Part shown: positions 10,298 to 20,157 of the stretch, piece by piece | Layout: each line of letters starts with the position of its first letter | How positions within the stretch are numbered: position 1 is the first letter of the stretch | Source of the DNA: Thaumarchaeota archaeon SCGC AAA007-O23 | GTDB lineage: Archaea; Thermoproteota; Nitrososphaeria; Nitrososphaerales; Nitrosopumilaceae | NCBI GenBank assembly: GCA_000402075.1 | Contig: ARWO01000032.1 | Coordinates: 78,884 to 142,883 of the forward strand | Direction: 5' to 3' | DNA: 64,000 nucleotides | Made by a program: the position numbers and the translations under genes | Notes under the pieces: model-generated | What the model was told of the DNA's origin: nothing | What the model saw: only the letters and a program-made list of their open reading frames with translations | Databases searched by the model: none

Positions 10298-12508
10298 CTA
10301 GGCACAGATATCATGGTTAACACATTTTAGAATTGTACTTTCATCTATAAATGCGCCAGAAAGATTTGCACCAGAAAGATTTGCGCCAGAAAGATTTGCG
10401 CCAGAAAGATCTACACCTTGTAGATTTGCATTAGATAAATCCGCATTGTTTAGTAATGCCTTGGTTAAATCTGTCCCAGATAGATCTGCATTAGTAAGGT
10501 TTGCTGATTTAAAATTAACAAACCACAAGCCAGCATTTTTAAAATTAGCATTTTCCAAATTTGCATTATAAAAATTATTGAAAAAAACAAATTTTACAAC
10601 AAGATCATTTTCAGGCTGTTCCGTAGAAAGTATACGTATGTTATCAAGTCCGATATATCCTACGCCCTCAACAGATCCTTTACCATAAAGTTCTATCATC
10701 AATTCCAACGGATGATATGTTTTTTCTTCAATCTTGTCTCTAACACTCTTAAAATCCTGAGTGAAAATTTGTGCAGGTGACAGAGTAACACCCTCAAAGT
10801 TTGAATTAGATAGGTTAGCTTCTTGGAATATTGTTCCATGATATGATGTCTTGGATGTAACCGTGAAATCCACACCTGAGAGATCTGTCTTCCAGAAATT
10901 AGTTCCTTTCAGTATGACATCAGTTAGGTTGACACCTGATAAATTTGCAAGTAGAAATGAAGCATTAGATAAATCAGACCCAGCTAGACTTTTATTTTTA
11001 ATCTTTGTCAAATCAGACGCCATCAAGTCTGCAAATCTAAAATTTGTATTCTTCAGATTTGTATTTTTGAAACTGGTGTCCCATAAAGTTGACTCCGATA
11101 GGTTTTTTCCGGAAAGGTTAATTCCATCGAATATTGTTTTTTGAAAATTATTTCCAGATAAAGAATAATCACTTGGGAGTACAGCATCAGTAAGGTCAGC
11201 ACCCTTTAGTATCGTCCCAGTGAGATCCTTGCCAGTAAGGTCAGCATCCTTTAGTATCGTTCCAGTAAGGTCTCTGCCAGAAAGGTCAACTCCATCAAGA
11301 TTTGCACCAGTAAGGTTAGCACCATTCAATGTCATATCATTTAGATTCATGGTAGAACAGACAGAATTACCTACACAATTTAGGATCGTATTAGTAAGAA
11401 CAGTGTTTTCAAGATTAGTATTTGTCAGTATAGTCCATGTAAGATCCTTACCAGAAAGGTCAACTCCATCAAGATTTGCACCAGTAAGGTCAGCACCCTT
11501 TAGTATCGTCCCAGTGAGATCCTTACCAGAGAGGTTAACTCCAGCCAGATTTGCATTAGTAAGATTAGTTTCTGTTAATATTGTTCCAGTTAGGTCTTTG
11601 TAAGAAAGGTCTACACCTTCTAGATCTGCATCGTGGAAATTAGTATGGTGGACTATCGCATCTGTTAAAACCGCATACTGAATCTGAGAATGATCAAAAT
11701 CTGCATATGACATATCAGTATCTGTAAAATCAAAAGTAAGATACTTTGGTTCATGATAAGTTCCCCCAGGCCACTCATGACCAGGCACTCCTTTTACAAC
11801 TGGATTCGTTGCGCCACACATATTTGCATAAGATAGATTAGCTCCTGTGAAAACTGTATTTGCTAAATTTGCTTTGTATAGTACCGTGTATGAGAGATCT
11901 GCACCAGAAAGATTTGTGTTGTCAAGTTCTGCTCCATATAGATTCGCACCAGATAAATTTGCGCCAGACAAATCACGATTAGATAAATCACGACCCTCCA
12001 TTGTGCAATGCGACCAATCGATTGAACCTTCAGCATTCAGGTCATCTGGAACTTTATCACCATCTTTGTCAATTTCTATGTTACAATTTTCACCTGTTAA
12101 AATTCCACCAGCAACCCGTCTCTCTTCATCCGGATCTTGATTATTAATTTCCAACTCCAACATAACTATCCCATTTGATATTAGCCATTGTATGCCAGAA
12201 ACAAATGAGTTATCATCAATCGATTCATCAGCCCACCATCCAGCATTGTTCTTAATCCAATCTGGTATGACATTTCCACCGTCACCTACTTCTTGTTCAG
12301 TTGGTGGTATAATCATTATCCCATTTGATATTAGCCATTGTATGCCAGAAACAAATGAGTTATCATCAATCGATTCATCAGCCCACCATCCAGCATTGTT
12401 CTTAATCCAATCTGGTATTGTTACTTCTTGAGCTGAAATATTAGGAACAAATATCATACTGACTAAGAAAATCCCAAAAAATATGAACAGATTATTTTTC
12501 AGCAACAT
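10298..12508 (-). CDS. secreted pentapeptide-repeat protein with two N-terminal NNAGWW modules
   Basis: Signal peptide MLLKNNLFIFFGIFLVSMIFVPNISAQE. Two identical 34-aa modules (IPDWIKNNAGWWADESIDDNSFVSGIQWLISNGI) and an acidic DKDGDKVPDD linker. About 550 aa of A(N/D)LxG-type pentapeptide repeats follow. Confidence 0.85.
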   Translation of the reverse strand: MLLKNNLFIFFGIFLVSMIFVPNISAQEVTIPDWIKNNAGWWADESIDDNSFVSGIQWLISNGIMIIPPTEQEVGDGGNVIPDWIKNNAGWWADESIDDNSFVSGIQWLISNGIVMLELEINNQDPDEERRVAGGILTGENCNIEIDKDGDKVPDDLNAEGSIDWSHCTMEGRDLSNRDLSGANLSGANLYGAELDNTNLSGADLSYTVLYKANLANTVFTGANLSYANMCGATNPVVKGVPGHEWPGGTYHEPKYLTFDFTDTDMSYADFDHSQIQYAVLTDAIVHHTNFHDADLEGVDLSYKDLTGTILTETNLTNANLAGVNLSGKDLTGTILKGADLTGANLDGVDLSGKDLTWTILTNTNLENTVLTNTILNCVGNSVCSTMNLNDMTLNGANLTGANLDGVDLSGRDLTGTILKDADLTGKDLTGTILKGADLTDAVLPSDYSLSGNNFQKTIFDGINLSGKNLSESTLWDTSFKNTNLKNTNFRFADLMASDLTKIKNKSLAGSDLSNASFLLANLSGVNLTDVILKGTNFWKTDLSGVDFTVTSKTSYHGTIFQEANLSNSNFEGVTLSPAQIFTQDFKSVRDKIEEKTYHPLELMIELYGKGSVEGVGYIGLDNIRILSTEQPENDLVVKFVFFNNFYNANLENANFKNAGLWFVNFKSANLTNADLSGTDLTKALLNNADLSNANLQGVDLSGANLSGANLSGANLSGAFIDESTILKCVNHDICA
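10353..10412. repeat. four tandem 15-bp in-frame repeats (gcgccagaaagattt) encoding (SGANL)x4
   Basis: Read directly: units at 10353, 10368, 10383 and 10398, with 1-2 mismatches. Confidence 0.9.
12167..12418. repeat. two 100%-identical 102-bp direct repeats (12167-12268 and 12317-12418), spaced 150 bp
   Basis: Base-by-base comparison of the two stretches. Each encodes one NNAGWW module of the pentapeptide-repeat protein. Confidence 0.95.
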
Positions 12509-12816
12509 AATTTGTGGTTTTAGATGCGATTTATATCAATATTTACTCATAGAAGGAGATTATCACACTTTTGATTAATTGTGTATATAGATTTCTAGAA
12601 TACTCGGAATACCTTAAGAAAACCTAGCGTTTTACAATAATAATATACATCAGAATAATCAAAGAGGATTGCTGATGATTAATCAAATTCTCTAAGCTAC
12701 ACTGATAAAATGATGAGTATTGCCGAATTATGAAGCATTTCCTTATCCTAAAAAAATCAACTTAACTAAATTTGACAGTCGATTATTACATATAACCAAA
12801 TCTGGTATCTAACCTT

Positions 12817-13671
12817 ATGGCAAAAATAAAGCAAAACAGCTATGTTTTGTTCTTTTACAATGATTCAAAAAAATGGTTAGTCAAAATTTCAAAAAATGAT
12901 CAGCTTCATACTCACATCGGAGTGATGAAGCATGGCGATGCAATCGGTAAGGAATATGGTTCCAGACTTATTACAAACAAAGACAAGTACGTATATCTTT
13001 TTGAACCTACCATTCACGACTTTGTAATGAAGATACAGCACGGCACTCAGATAGTTTATCCGAAAGATTTGGGTTACATTGTTGCTAGAACAGGTCTTAC
13101 TAGTGGTAAAAAAGTTGTTGAGATTGGAACAGGTAGTGGTTCATTGACATCATTTTTAGCTGGAATAGTAAAACCGCGAGGTCATGTATACACGTATGAT
13201 GTTGAACCGAAATTCATGAAAATTGCTGAAAAAAATATCAAAAAAGCTGGTATGTCAAAATACATTACAATGAACGAATTTGATTTTAAGAAGGCCAAAA
13301 AAGTGCCACATTCGGAAGTTGATCTGGTTGTTGTTGATCTTGGTGATTCTTGGAATGTGGTTCCACAGGCACGAAAGATGCTAAAGGGCAGTGGAGGTTT
13401 CATAGCAATCTGTCCTACCATGAATCAACTTGAAAAATTAGTTTTGGTTCTGGTACAAAATGAATTTTCTGATATTGAATGTACTGAACAAATTCTTCGT
13501 CATATTGAAGCACGTGAGGGAAAGACACGACATTCTTTTCGAGGAATTGGGCATACAACATATCTTGCATATGCAAGAAAGGCATTCTTTGATAAAAAAC
13601 CAGCAAAAAAATCAAGAAAGGTCCAGACAAAAACTGTGAGTAAAAAGAAAGTTTATTCATCAAAAAAGTAA
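12817..13671 (+). CDS. trmI: tRNA (adenine-N1)-methyltransferase, TrmI/Gcd14 family
   Basis: TQIVYPKDLGYIV followed by the SAM motif VVEIGTGSGSLTSFLAG and GHVYTYDVEP. Lys-rich C-terminal tail. Confidence 0.8.
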   Translation: MAKIKQNSYVLFFYNDSKKWLVKISKNDQLHTHIGVMKHGDAIGKEYGSRLITNKDKYVYLFEPTIHDFVMKIQHGTQIVYPKDLGYIVARTGLTSGKKVVEIGTGSGSLTSFLAGIVKPRGHVYTYDVEPKFMKIAEKNIKKAGMSKYITMNEFDFKKAKKVPHSEVDLVVVDLGDSWNVVPQARKMLKGSGGFIAICPTMNQLEKLVLVLVQNEFSDIECTEQILRHIEAREGKTRHSFRGIGHTTYLAYARKAFFDKKPAKKSRKVQTKTVSKKKVYSSKK

Positions 13672-14541
13672 GTGGGTATAATGTCAAACACTATAACATC
13701 AAAACTGGTAAAAAAATTTGTTCCAGTACGAAAATCATCTTCAAGAAAGGGTGACAACGGCAAGGTCTTAGTTCTTGGTGGAAGCTATATTTATCATGGT
13801 GCGCCAGCACTCGCATCTCTTGCTGCATTAAAGACAGGCACTGATCTAGTTTACACATGTGTTCCAAAAATTAATGTGCAAGCTACTCGTGCAGTTTCAC
13901 CGAATCTTATTGTAATTCCCTTGGTTGATTCTAAACTAACCCGTGGTGCGGTTAACAAACTATTAGGCCAAATTCCTGTTGATCTGGATTCAGCTACTAT
14001 AGGTATGGGTCTTTCAATTCAGGATCCTGAGGCACTAAAACTGTTGGTTAAATCATTACTTGCCAGAGATGTTAGGCTTTCACTAGATGCAACTGCATTG
14101 GTAAGTTACATTCTCCCACTTTTGTCTGGGAAAAATGTGGTTGTCACTCCACATGCAGGTGAATTCAAAAAGATGTTTGGGGAGGCTCCACCAGATTCAA
14201 AGAAGGCATGTATTACAATGGTAGAAAAATTTGCAAAAGATCATTCTATCACAATTCTCCTAAAGGGTCCAACTGACATAATTTCTAATGGTACAAAAAC
14301 CTACATCAATCCAACAAATACCCCTGGAATGACTGTTGGTGGGACTGGTGACATTCTTTCAGGTATTATAGCGGGAATGCTTGCACGCAATAGGAACGCA
14401 TTAGAATCCGCAGTGATTAGTGCATACTTTAATGGTATTGCTGGTAAGATGACACAAAAGAAACTTGGGCATCACATGACAGCAACTGATTTGCTAGATG
14501 CATTGCCTAGTGTCATGAAATCATTTGATAAAATAAAATGA
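13672..14541 (+). CDS. nnrD: ADP-dependent NAD(P)H-hydrate dehydratase (YjeF C-terminal/carbohydrate kinase family)
   Basis: KGDNGKVLVLGGS, TPHAGEF and GGTGDILSGIIAGMLA. The alternative start ATG 13681 is at least as likely as GTG 13672. Confidence 0.85.
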   Translation: MGIMSNTITSKLVKKFVPVRKSSSRKGDNGKVLVLGGSYIYHGAPALASLAALKTGTDLVYTCVPKINVQATRAVSPNLIVIPLVDSKLTRGAVNKLLGQIPVDLDSATIGMGLSIQDPEALKLLVKSLLARDVRLSLDATALVSYILPLLSGKNVVVTPHAGEFKKMFGEAPPDSKKACITMVEKFAKDHSITILLKGPTDIISNGTKTYINPTNTPGMTVGGTGDILSGIIAGMLARNRNALESAVISAYFNGIAGKMTQKKLGHHMTATDLLDALPSVMKSFDKIK

Positions 14542-15899
14542 GTATGAAAAAAGTTTTGCAGCATGTTGATAAAAACATGAATGTGCTTGTGAAAGATCTA
14601 CGTATACTAATACAACAACCAAGTGTATCTGCTAAAAATCAGGGAATAAAAAAATGTGCAAATCTTGTAAGGAGCACTTTAAAAAAATCTGACATAAATG
14701 CAGAAATTCTGACAATGAAAGGTTATCCACCAATTGTATATGGTGAGGTGAGGTCAAAGAAAAATCCAAACAAGACTTTGTTATTCTATAACCATTATGA
14801 TGTACAGCCAGTTGAACCCATTGAACTTTGGGATGAGGATCCATTTAGTGGAAAAATAAAAGGAGATAGAATCTATGGAAGAGGTTCATCTGATGATAAA
14901 GGTGAATTGATTACACGAATAAGGGCAGTTGCATCATTTCTAAAAGTTACTGGAGATGTTCCATGTAATGTAAAATTTGTTATAGAGGGGGAGGAAGAAA
15001 CTGGGAGTGCACATATTGAAGAATATTTAAAAAAATATCGAAAGAAGTTTTCTTGCGACGGTGTGATATGGGAGTTTGGACATGTTGATAGTAAAAACAG
15101 ACCAATCATAGATCTTGGAATGAAAGGCCTACTGTATGTTGAATTAACATTGAGAGAATCAAAGATGGACGCGCATTCGAGTCTCGCTGTTTTAATCAAA
15201 AATCCTGCTTGGCGTTTAGTTGAAGCCATAAAAACACTGCGTGATTCATCAGGGAAAATCTTAATCAAGGATTGGTATAAGGAAGTACAACCTCTTGCCA
15301 AATCAGATATTAAAATTCTCAAATCATTTCCATTTGATGAGAAAGAGTTCAAAAAGGAATACGGTATTAAGAAATTTTTAGGAAACAAAACTGGGCTTGA
15401 AGTTAAAAAATCTCTGGTTGCTGAACCAACATGCAATATAGCAGGAATAGTTTCCGGATATTATGGTGAAGGTGCAAAAACTGTTCTACCAGCTGAGGCA
15501 CGTGTAAAAATTGATTTTAGGTTGGTACCTAAAATGAATCCAAAGAAACAGGCTATGAGATTAAAACGTCATCTAAGAAGTAAAGGATTTGGTGATATTG
15601 AAATTAAGATATATCACGGTGAAGCCGCGGCAAGGACAAATCCCCAACACGTGTTTGTCTCTGATGTTACAGACGCTGCACGTAGATCATTTGGGAAATA
15701 TCTTTTGAGTATTTCTAGTGCTGGAACTGGCCCTATGCATGCATTTACAAATATTCTAAATGCACCTGCCATTGCTATTGGATCTACGTATGTATTTTCA
15801 CGTATTCATTCTCCAAATGAGTTTACACGCATTGATTTACTAAAAAAAGCCACGAAATGTATGTGTCTTATCTTAGATAACTTTGCTAGATCTAGCTAG
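14538..15899 (+). CDS. M20-family metallopeptidase/deacylase (ArgE/DapE/CPG2-like)
   Basis: NHYDVQPV, GRGSSDDKG and EGEEETGS metal-ligand motifs. ATGA overlap with the upstream gene. Confidence 0.8.
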   Translation: MSMKKVLQHVDKNMNVLVKDLRILIQQPSVSAKNQGIKKCANLVRSTLKKSDINAEILTMKGYPPIVYGEVRSKKNPNKTLLFYNHYDVQPVEPIELWDEDPFSGKIKGDRIYGRGSSDDKGELITRIRAVASFLKVTGDVPCNVKFVIEGEEETGSAHIEEYLKKYRKKFSCDGVIWEFGHVDSKNRPIIDLGMKGLLYVELTLRESKMDAHSSLAVLIKNPAWRLVEAIKTLRDSSGKILIKDWYKEVQPLAKSDIKILKSFPFDEKEFKKEYGIKKFLGNKTGLEVKKSLVAEPTCNIAGIVSGYYGEGAKTVLPAEARVKIDFRLVPKMNPKKQAMRLKRHLRSKGFGDIEIKIYHGEAAARTNPQHVFVSDVTDAARRSFGKYLLSISSAGTGPMHAFTNILNAPAIAIGSTYVFSRIHSPNEFTRIDLLKKATKCMCLILDNFARSS

Positions 15900-15956
15900 T
15901 ATTTTGTAAATATGTTATCGCAAGAACTTTTATTCTCCTCAAAATCCACTTGATCC

Positions 15957-16556
15957 ATGACTGCAATGTATATGCCAGGCGCAACAGCCGTTGGTATTAC
16001 ATTTAATGAGGGCGTGGTTTTTGCAAGCGAACGCAGAATAGCTTATGGTAATTTTGTAGTTAGTAAAACCACCAAAAAGACATTTGTGATTACACCTCAT
16101 GTTGGTGCTGCATGCGCTGGTCTGGTTGCGGATATGCAGATTCTTTCATTGCAAATTGCAGCATTGGCTAAAATTAGAAGAATGGAGATTAAACGAGATG
16201 TACCACCTAACACAATCGCAAAAATGATGTCAAACATGATGTATGAAAGAAGGTTCTTTCCGTTATTGACACAAGTTATTGTGGGTGGTTTAGTTGACAA
16301 GCCTACAATATACACTTTAGATCCACTTGGCTCAGTTCTACCTGATGATTATGCGGCTGTTGGTACTGGAGCGGAAATGGCATTAGGCGTTTTGGACCCA
16401 CAATACAAAAAGGATCTTACTGAGGCACAAGCTGTTGATCTTGCTGTGAAATCAGTTCGTGCTGCTAGCATGAGGGATTCAGCAAGTGGCGATAACATTG
16501 ATGTATTAGTGATGAACAAAGACGGCGCTAAAGAAACTACTGAAAACATCTCCTAG
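15957..16556 (+). CDS. psmB: proteasome subunit beta
   Basis: Short propeptide, then TAVGITF (N-terminal Thr nucleophile context). Size of about 200 aa and an Ntn-hydrolase pattern GAACAGLVADMQ. Confidence 0.9.
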   Translation: MTAMYMPGATAVGITFNEGVVFASERRIAYGNFVVSKTTKKTFVITPHVGAACAGLVADMQILSLQIAALAKIRRMEIKRDVPPNTIAKMMSNMMYERRFFPLLTQVIVGGLVDKPTIYTLDPLGSVLPDDYAAVGTGAEMALGVLDPQYKKDLTEAQAVDLAVKSVRAASMRDSASGDNIDVLVMNKDGAKETTENIS

Positions 16557-17029
16557 TATTTTATTTCTTTTTCAGATTCCCAAAAAATATCTGATATATA
16601 ATGCATATTTTTTATCACTTCACCTTTTTTTGTTTCATCTAATTGTTTACTTGGAATTTCTGCCTTGCCCACGGCTAAAAATTTATGCTGTGATTCTTCT
16701 ATAATGCAAACTATCTCACCCTTTTCAAAATCAGAAAATTTTGTAATACCAGGTCTCATTATATTTGCGCCCTTGCATACGAACTTGATGGCACCCATGT
16801 CAACTATCACATATGGAAATTTTTCTAAAATTGGAACATCGCCCAAAAAAGGCAATATGTCTTCACCTATTTTTACTGCGGTTACTCCATCACCAGTTAT
16901 TATAATTCCTTTTTCATCTATTTGATGTGTTCTCACATTTTTTTGTTTAGGCACATCTATTTTCCATTGTGTGTTTAATGCCTCAAATATTTTAGCGGTT
17001 TCACTTTTTGATATCAGATTTGATTTCAA
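16553..17029 (-). CDS. PUA-domain RNA-binding protein
   Basis: 158 aa. The C-terminal half resembles a PUA domain (VIVDMGAIKFVCKGANIMRPGI...GEIVCIIEE...FLAVGKA). Confidence 0.7.
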   Translation of the reverse strand: MKSNLISKSETAKIFEALNTQWKIDVPKQKNVRTHQIDEKGIIITGDGVTAVKIGEDILPFLGDVPILEKFPYVIVDMGAIKFVCKGANIMRPGITKFSDFEKGEIVCIIEESQHKFLAVGKAEIPSKQLDETKKGEVIKNMHYISDIFWESEKEIKY

Positions 17030-18036
17030 GTTTTTGTACTCTCATTTCTTATGTCTATTAGATCACGTAAAATAGAACTTGCTGTTTCGATACCTCCAGC
17101 ACCACGACCAATAATGGTTTGTGTTCCTGAGTGTTCCGATGTAAATGAAATTGCATTTAATGTTCCACTGACACATAAAGGATCAACAGTGGAAATTTCT
17201 TTTGGGGCGACAGTCAATTCTTTGTTGCATGATGCAATCAATTTAATCGCAGAATTTTTTTCTGCAGCACGTTTTATATCTACACTATCTATTTTTCTAA
17301 TACCAGTTATTTTAATGTCAGACATTACAACTTTCATTCCCATTATCCAGTTTGCCAAAATTACAAGCTTAGCAGCAGCGTCAAGACCATCTAAGTCAAG
17401 CGATTCATCTGCTTCAACATAACCTTTCTGTTTAGCATCATCTAGAGCATCATTGAATGACATACCATTTGCCATGTTGGTTAGGATATAGTTTGTAGTG
17501 CCATTCAATATACCAGAAAATGAAATTATCCGTTCACCCCTTAAACTATTTTTTGCAAAATCTAAAATTGGTGTACCACCACCAACTGTTCCACTAAACC
17601 GAAAAAGAACTTGATTATATGCCGCAATCTCCATCAGTGAGGGAAATGCAAGTGCCAATGGACCTTTGTTTACTGAAATAACATGCATGCCTCGTTTCAT
17701 CGCACTAATAATATGCGTCATTCCAGGTTCCGCATCTTTGTAGTTACTCTCAGTAGTCTCAATGAGAACTTCTGCCTCTAAATCGTTAATTATTTCAATT
17801 CCTGAAATACTATTTTTTGTATCAGCATACTTTTTTACAGAATTGTGTTTTTTTTTAACATCAATTAATCTATTAATATCTAAACCTGAAGGATCTATCG
17901 CGCTACCATTTCTATCGAATACACCTACGATTCTTGGTTTAAGTCCATATCTTGCATACAAATCTTCAGATCTTGATTCCAGTAGTTTTGCAAAACTTTG
18001 ACCAACAACACCAAAGCCACAAAGTATTATTCGCAT
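17026..18036 (-). CDS. hom: homoserine dehydrogenase
   Basis: N-terminal Rossmann motif ILCGFGVVGQSF, the substrate domain GILNGTTNYIL, and AQKGYVEADESLDLDGLDAA-like signature. Confidence 0.9.
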   Translation of the reverse strand: MRIILCGFGVVGQSFAKLLESRSEDLYARYGLKPRIVGVFDRNGSAIDPSGLDINRLIDVKKKHNSVKKYADTKNSISGIEIINDLEAEVLIETTESNYKDAEPGMTHIISAMKRGMHVISVNKGPLALAFPSLMEIAAYNQVLFRFSGTVGGGTPILDFAKNSLRGERIISFSGILNGTTNYILTNMANGMSFNDALDDAKQKGYVEADESLDLDGLDAAAKLVILANWIMGMKVVMSDIKITGIRKIDSVDIKRAAEKNSAIKLIASCNKELTVAPKEISTVDPLCVSGTLNAISFTSEHSGTQTIIGRGAGGIETASSILRDLIDIRNESTKT

Positions 18037-18061
18037 GGTATAGTAATTCTCAATGGATTAT

Positions 18062-18499
18062 TTAGTCTAACTTGTCTAAACGCAGAGAAACAGAGTTAAT
18101 ACAATATCTTTGTTTAGTTGGTTGCGGTCCATCATCAAAAACATGCCCTAAATGCGCACCACATTTTTTACAATTTACTTCAGTCCTTAACATACCGTAA
18201 CTAGTATCCTTCACAAACTCAATGTTATCATTATTTAATGCCTGAGAAAAGCTAGGCCAACCAGTTCCAGAATCAAATTTTGTTTCCGATGAAAAAAGTT
18301 CTAGACCACAACATGTACATTTGTAAGTCCCTTTATCTTTACAGTCACAATAAATTCCCGTGAATGGGGCTTCGGTATTTTTCCCCCTACATACACTATA
18401 TTCCTCTGATGATAGTTGGCTTTTCCACTCATTATCTGTTTTAGAAACTTTATCATTCAATTTTTTTTCTTTTTTCTTCTGTACGTTTCTCAGATTCAA
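18062..18499 (-). CDS. msrB: peptide-methionine (R)-S-oxide reductase MsrB
   Basis: Two CxxC pairs (CTCCGLELF and [12 protein letters not shown]), GTGWPSF and RYCINS. The annotated start overlaps the upstream gene by 47 nt; TTG 18460 is an alternative. Confidence 0.9.
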   Translation of the reverse strand: MNLRNVQKKKEKKLNDKVSKTDNEWKSQLSSEEYSVCRGKNTEAPFTGIYCDCKDKGTYKCTCCGLELFSSETKFDSGTGWPSFSQALNNDNIEFVKDTSYGMLRTEVNCKKCGAHLGHVFDDGPQPTKQRYCINSVSLRLDKLD

Positions 18500-20069
18500 A
18501 TCTTTCTAAATCATATTGATTCAAATCAACATATTTCATGATTTTTGATAATGTTGGATGTTTTTTGTCAATCAAGCGATACATTTCTTGTACAATCTTT
18601 CTGTAGTCTGCATGACCCTGTGGTACTGTTCTTAGTTCAATTAGGTGCGTTGCCTCTCGTAGGTTAAAGCGCATGTAATATGGATAATTGTAGGCAAAAT
18701 TTACAATGTATTGGGATTGTTCTGGAAATTTATGTCTCATTTTTTGAAAAACAGATTTGGTTAGATACATACAATCATCAAAGTCTTTTTCGATTCCAAG
18801 TTCTATAATTTCATTAGGTGTATCAAAACCATGATCTGTTGTAAGTAATTGTCTTTCAAGTGTAAGTGCTCTATGTCTATGAAGGTCCCTAAACATTCCA
18901 AAGTTTGTTAGCAGATCAAATGTGTAACCAGTCATTTCAAAGGCTCTTGGGGGTCTATGTCTTCTATTTTGTCTTGCATTGATTAGCTGCCCAATAATCT
19001 TAATTTTTGATTTTTTACTCATTTTTTTCACATTTTTAAAAATTTGATCAAATGAAAGGCTAGGAGATTGTTCAAAAATTAATGCGGTGATAATACTGTT
19101 TATTGATCTTAATTCAGGCTCAAATTCTACTAATCTTACACTATTTCCAAGAATTGGCTTACCCCGAATATTATTTCTAGCCGCCTTGTATGAAATTTTT
19201 TTAATGTCATTGAAATATTTTTGTAATGCCTTTCCATATTTGTCATTTGAACGACTGACAAACGATTTGATCATTTTATCAAGTTCATTTTTAATTTTAG
19301 TTCCAAGTTGTTTTTCTTCAGTCAATTTAGAGCTAAAAAGAATTGTTATAAGATATTCAAACGCGCGTCCATTTCCGGTTATACCAACATTAGTTAGTGT
19401 TGATGCAGGTAATAGTCCACGTAAAACATCTAATGCCTTTGCTTTCGTTGCAGCACGATAAATCATATTAGCAGATTTTATATCATTTTCATTCTTTAAT
19501 TTAGAAATTTTCTTTTCAGTGCCATCTTGTGATTTAAATTTGTAATTTTCAATAGGATCATTTTCTCGTATGAATTTTAACATCGGCTGTACATTCTTTG
19601 CATATGTGCTGAAACCCAAATTACATGATTCCAAATAGTCATCAGCAAAGCGTGATTTCATTAAAGTTGGCTCACGCAAAAATTTGTATTTACCATTTAA
19701 TTTTTTGTCCCAAGCTACATACCTTGAGGATTTTTCTAAATAAGATAGCCCAATTCTTCTATCCTCAATTTTCTTCACAGCGATGTTTGATAATCCTTCG
19801 ATTGCAATTTGTGCACTACCTAATTCAGCAACTGAATCGTCACCATACTCAAGCAGAACACGTTTGTAAAATTCCTCTCCACGATTTTGATTTTTTAAAA
19901 ACTCATCAAGAAATACCCTACGCATAGTTTTATCCGTTCTACTATATCTAGACATGAGTGCACCTCGATCAACTTGTTTAGGTGTTGTGATGACAAAAAC
20001 AGAATTATCAACATTCGAGAAATGTTTTAAAAGTTTTTTTCTTTCAGAAGCTGAAAATTTTTCCTGCAT
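18453..20069 (-). CDS. thyX: ThyX-like protein (FAD-dependent thymidylate synthase family, long two-lobed form)
   Basis: 538 aa. [11 protein letters not shown] resembles the ThyX RHR motif, and an N-terminal MSRYSRT element resembles the S..RY part. The family call is from memory and not verified. Confidence 0.55.
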   Translation of the reverse strand: MQEKFSASERKKLLKHFSNVDNSVFVITTPKQVDRGALMSRYSRTDKTMRRVFLDEFLKNQNRGEEFYKRVLLEYGDDSVAELGSAQIAIEGLSNIAVKKIEDRRIGLSYLEKSSRYVAWDKKLNGKYKFLREPTLMKSRFADDYLESCNLGFSTYAKNVQPMLKFIRENDPIENYKFKSQDGTEKKISKLKNENDIKSANMIYRAATKAKALDVLRGLLPASTLTNVGITGNGRAFEYLITILFSSKLTEEKQLGTKIKNELDKMIKSFVSRSNDKYGKALQKYFNDIKKISYKAARNNIRGKPILGNSVRLVEFEPELRSINSIITALIFEQSPSLSFDQIFKNVKKMSKKSKIKIIGQLINARQNRRHRPPRAFEMTGYTFDLLTNFGMFRDLHRHRALTLERQLLTTDHGFDTPNEIIELGIEKDFDDCMYLTKSVFQKMRHKFPEQSQYIVNFAYNYPYYMRFNLREATHLIELRTVPQGHADYRKIVQEMYRLIDKKHPTLSKIMKYVDLNQYDLERFESEKRTEEKRKKIE

Positions 20070-20157
20070 TGTTTAATCATCATTTGTGGTGTAATAAATT
20101 ATAGCGTAACAAAAAACACGATCAGTTTCGAGCCAAAAAATCCTGTGTCTGTCTAAA

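Noticed and set aside
10851-12431. Four plus-strand ORFs (79-127 aa) inside the pentapeptide-repeat gene.
   Set aside because: They are antisense readings of the 15-bp periodic repeat (SAPERF/VRSLPE-type periodic low complexity). The minus-strand frame has the signal peptide and recognisable domains.
12671-12740. C/D-box sRNA-like arrangement: TGATGA (12673), CTGA (12702), TGATGA (12711).
   Set aside because: The C-to-D' spacing is 23 nt, not about 12. No terminal CTGA D box follows the second guide region (tatgaagc instead), and there is no terminal stem. It is not a canonical archaeal C/D sRNA.
14873-15436. 187-aa antisense ORF inside the M20 peptidase gene. Similar long antisense ORFs occur at 48764-49321 (in ppdK) and 55907-56491 (in ilvD).
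   Set aside because: The sense-strand genes have unambiguous catalytic motifs, and the antisense translations are Ser/Phe/Leu/Ile-rich with no motifs.
16553-16556. Convergent psmB and PUA genes share a CTAG in which both stop codons (TAG on each strand) overlap.
   Set aside because: It is real in the sequence, but it is a trivial consequence of genome compaction and there is no evidence of function.
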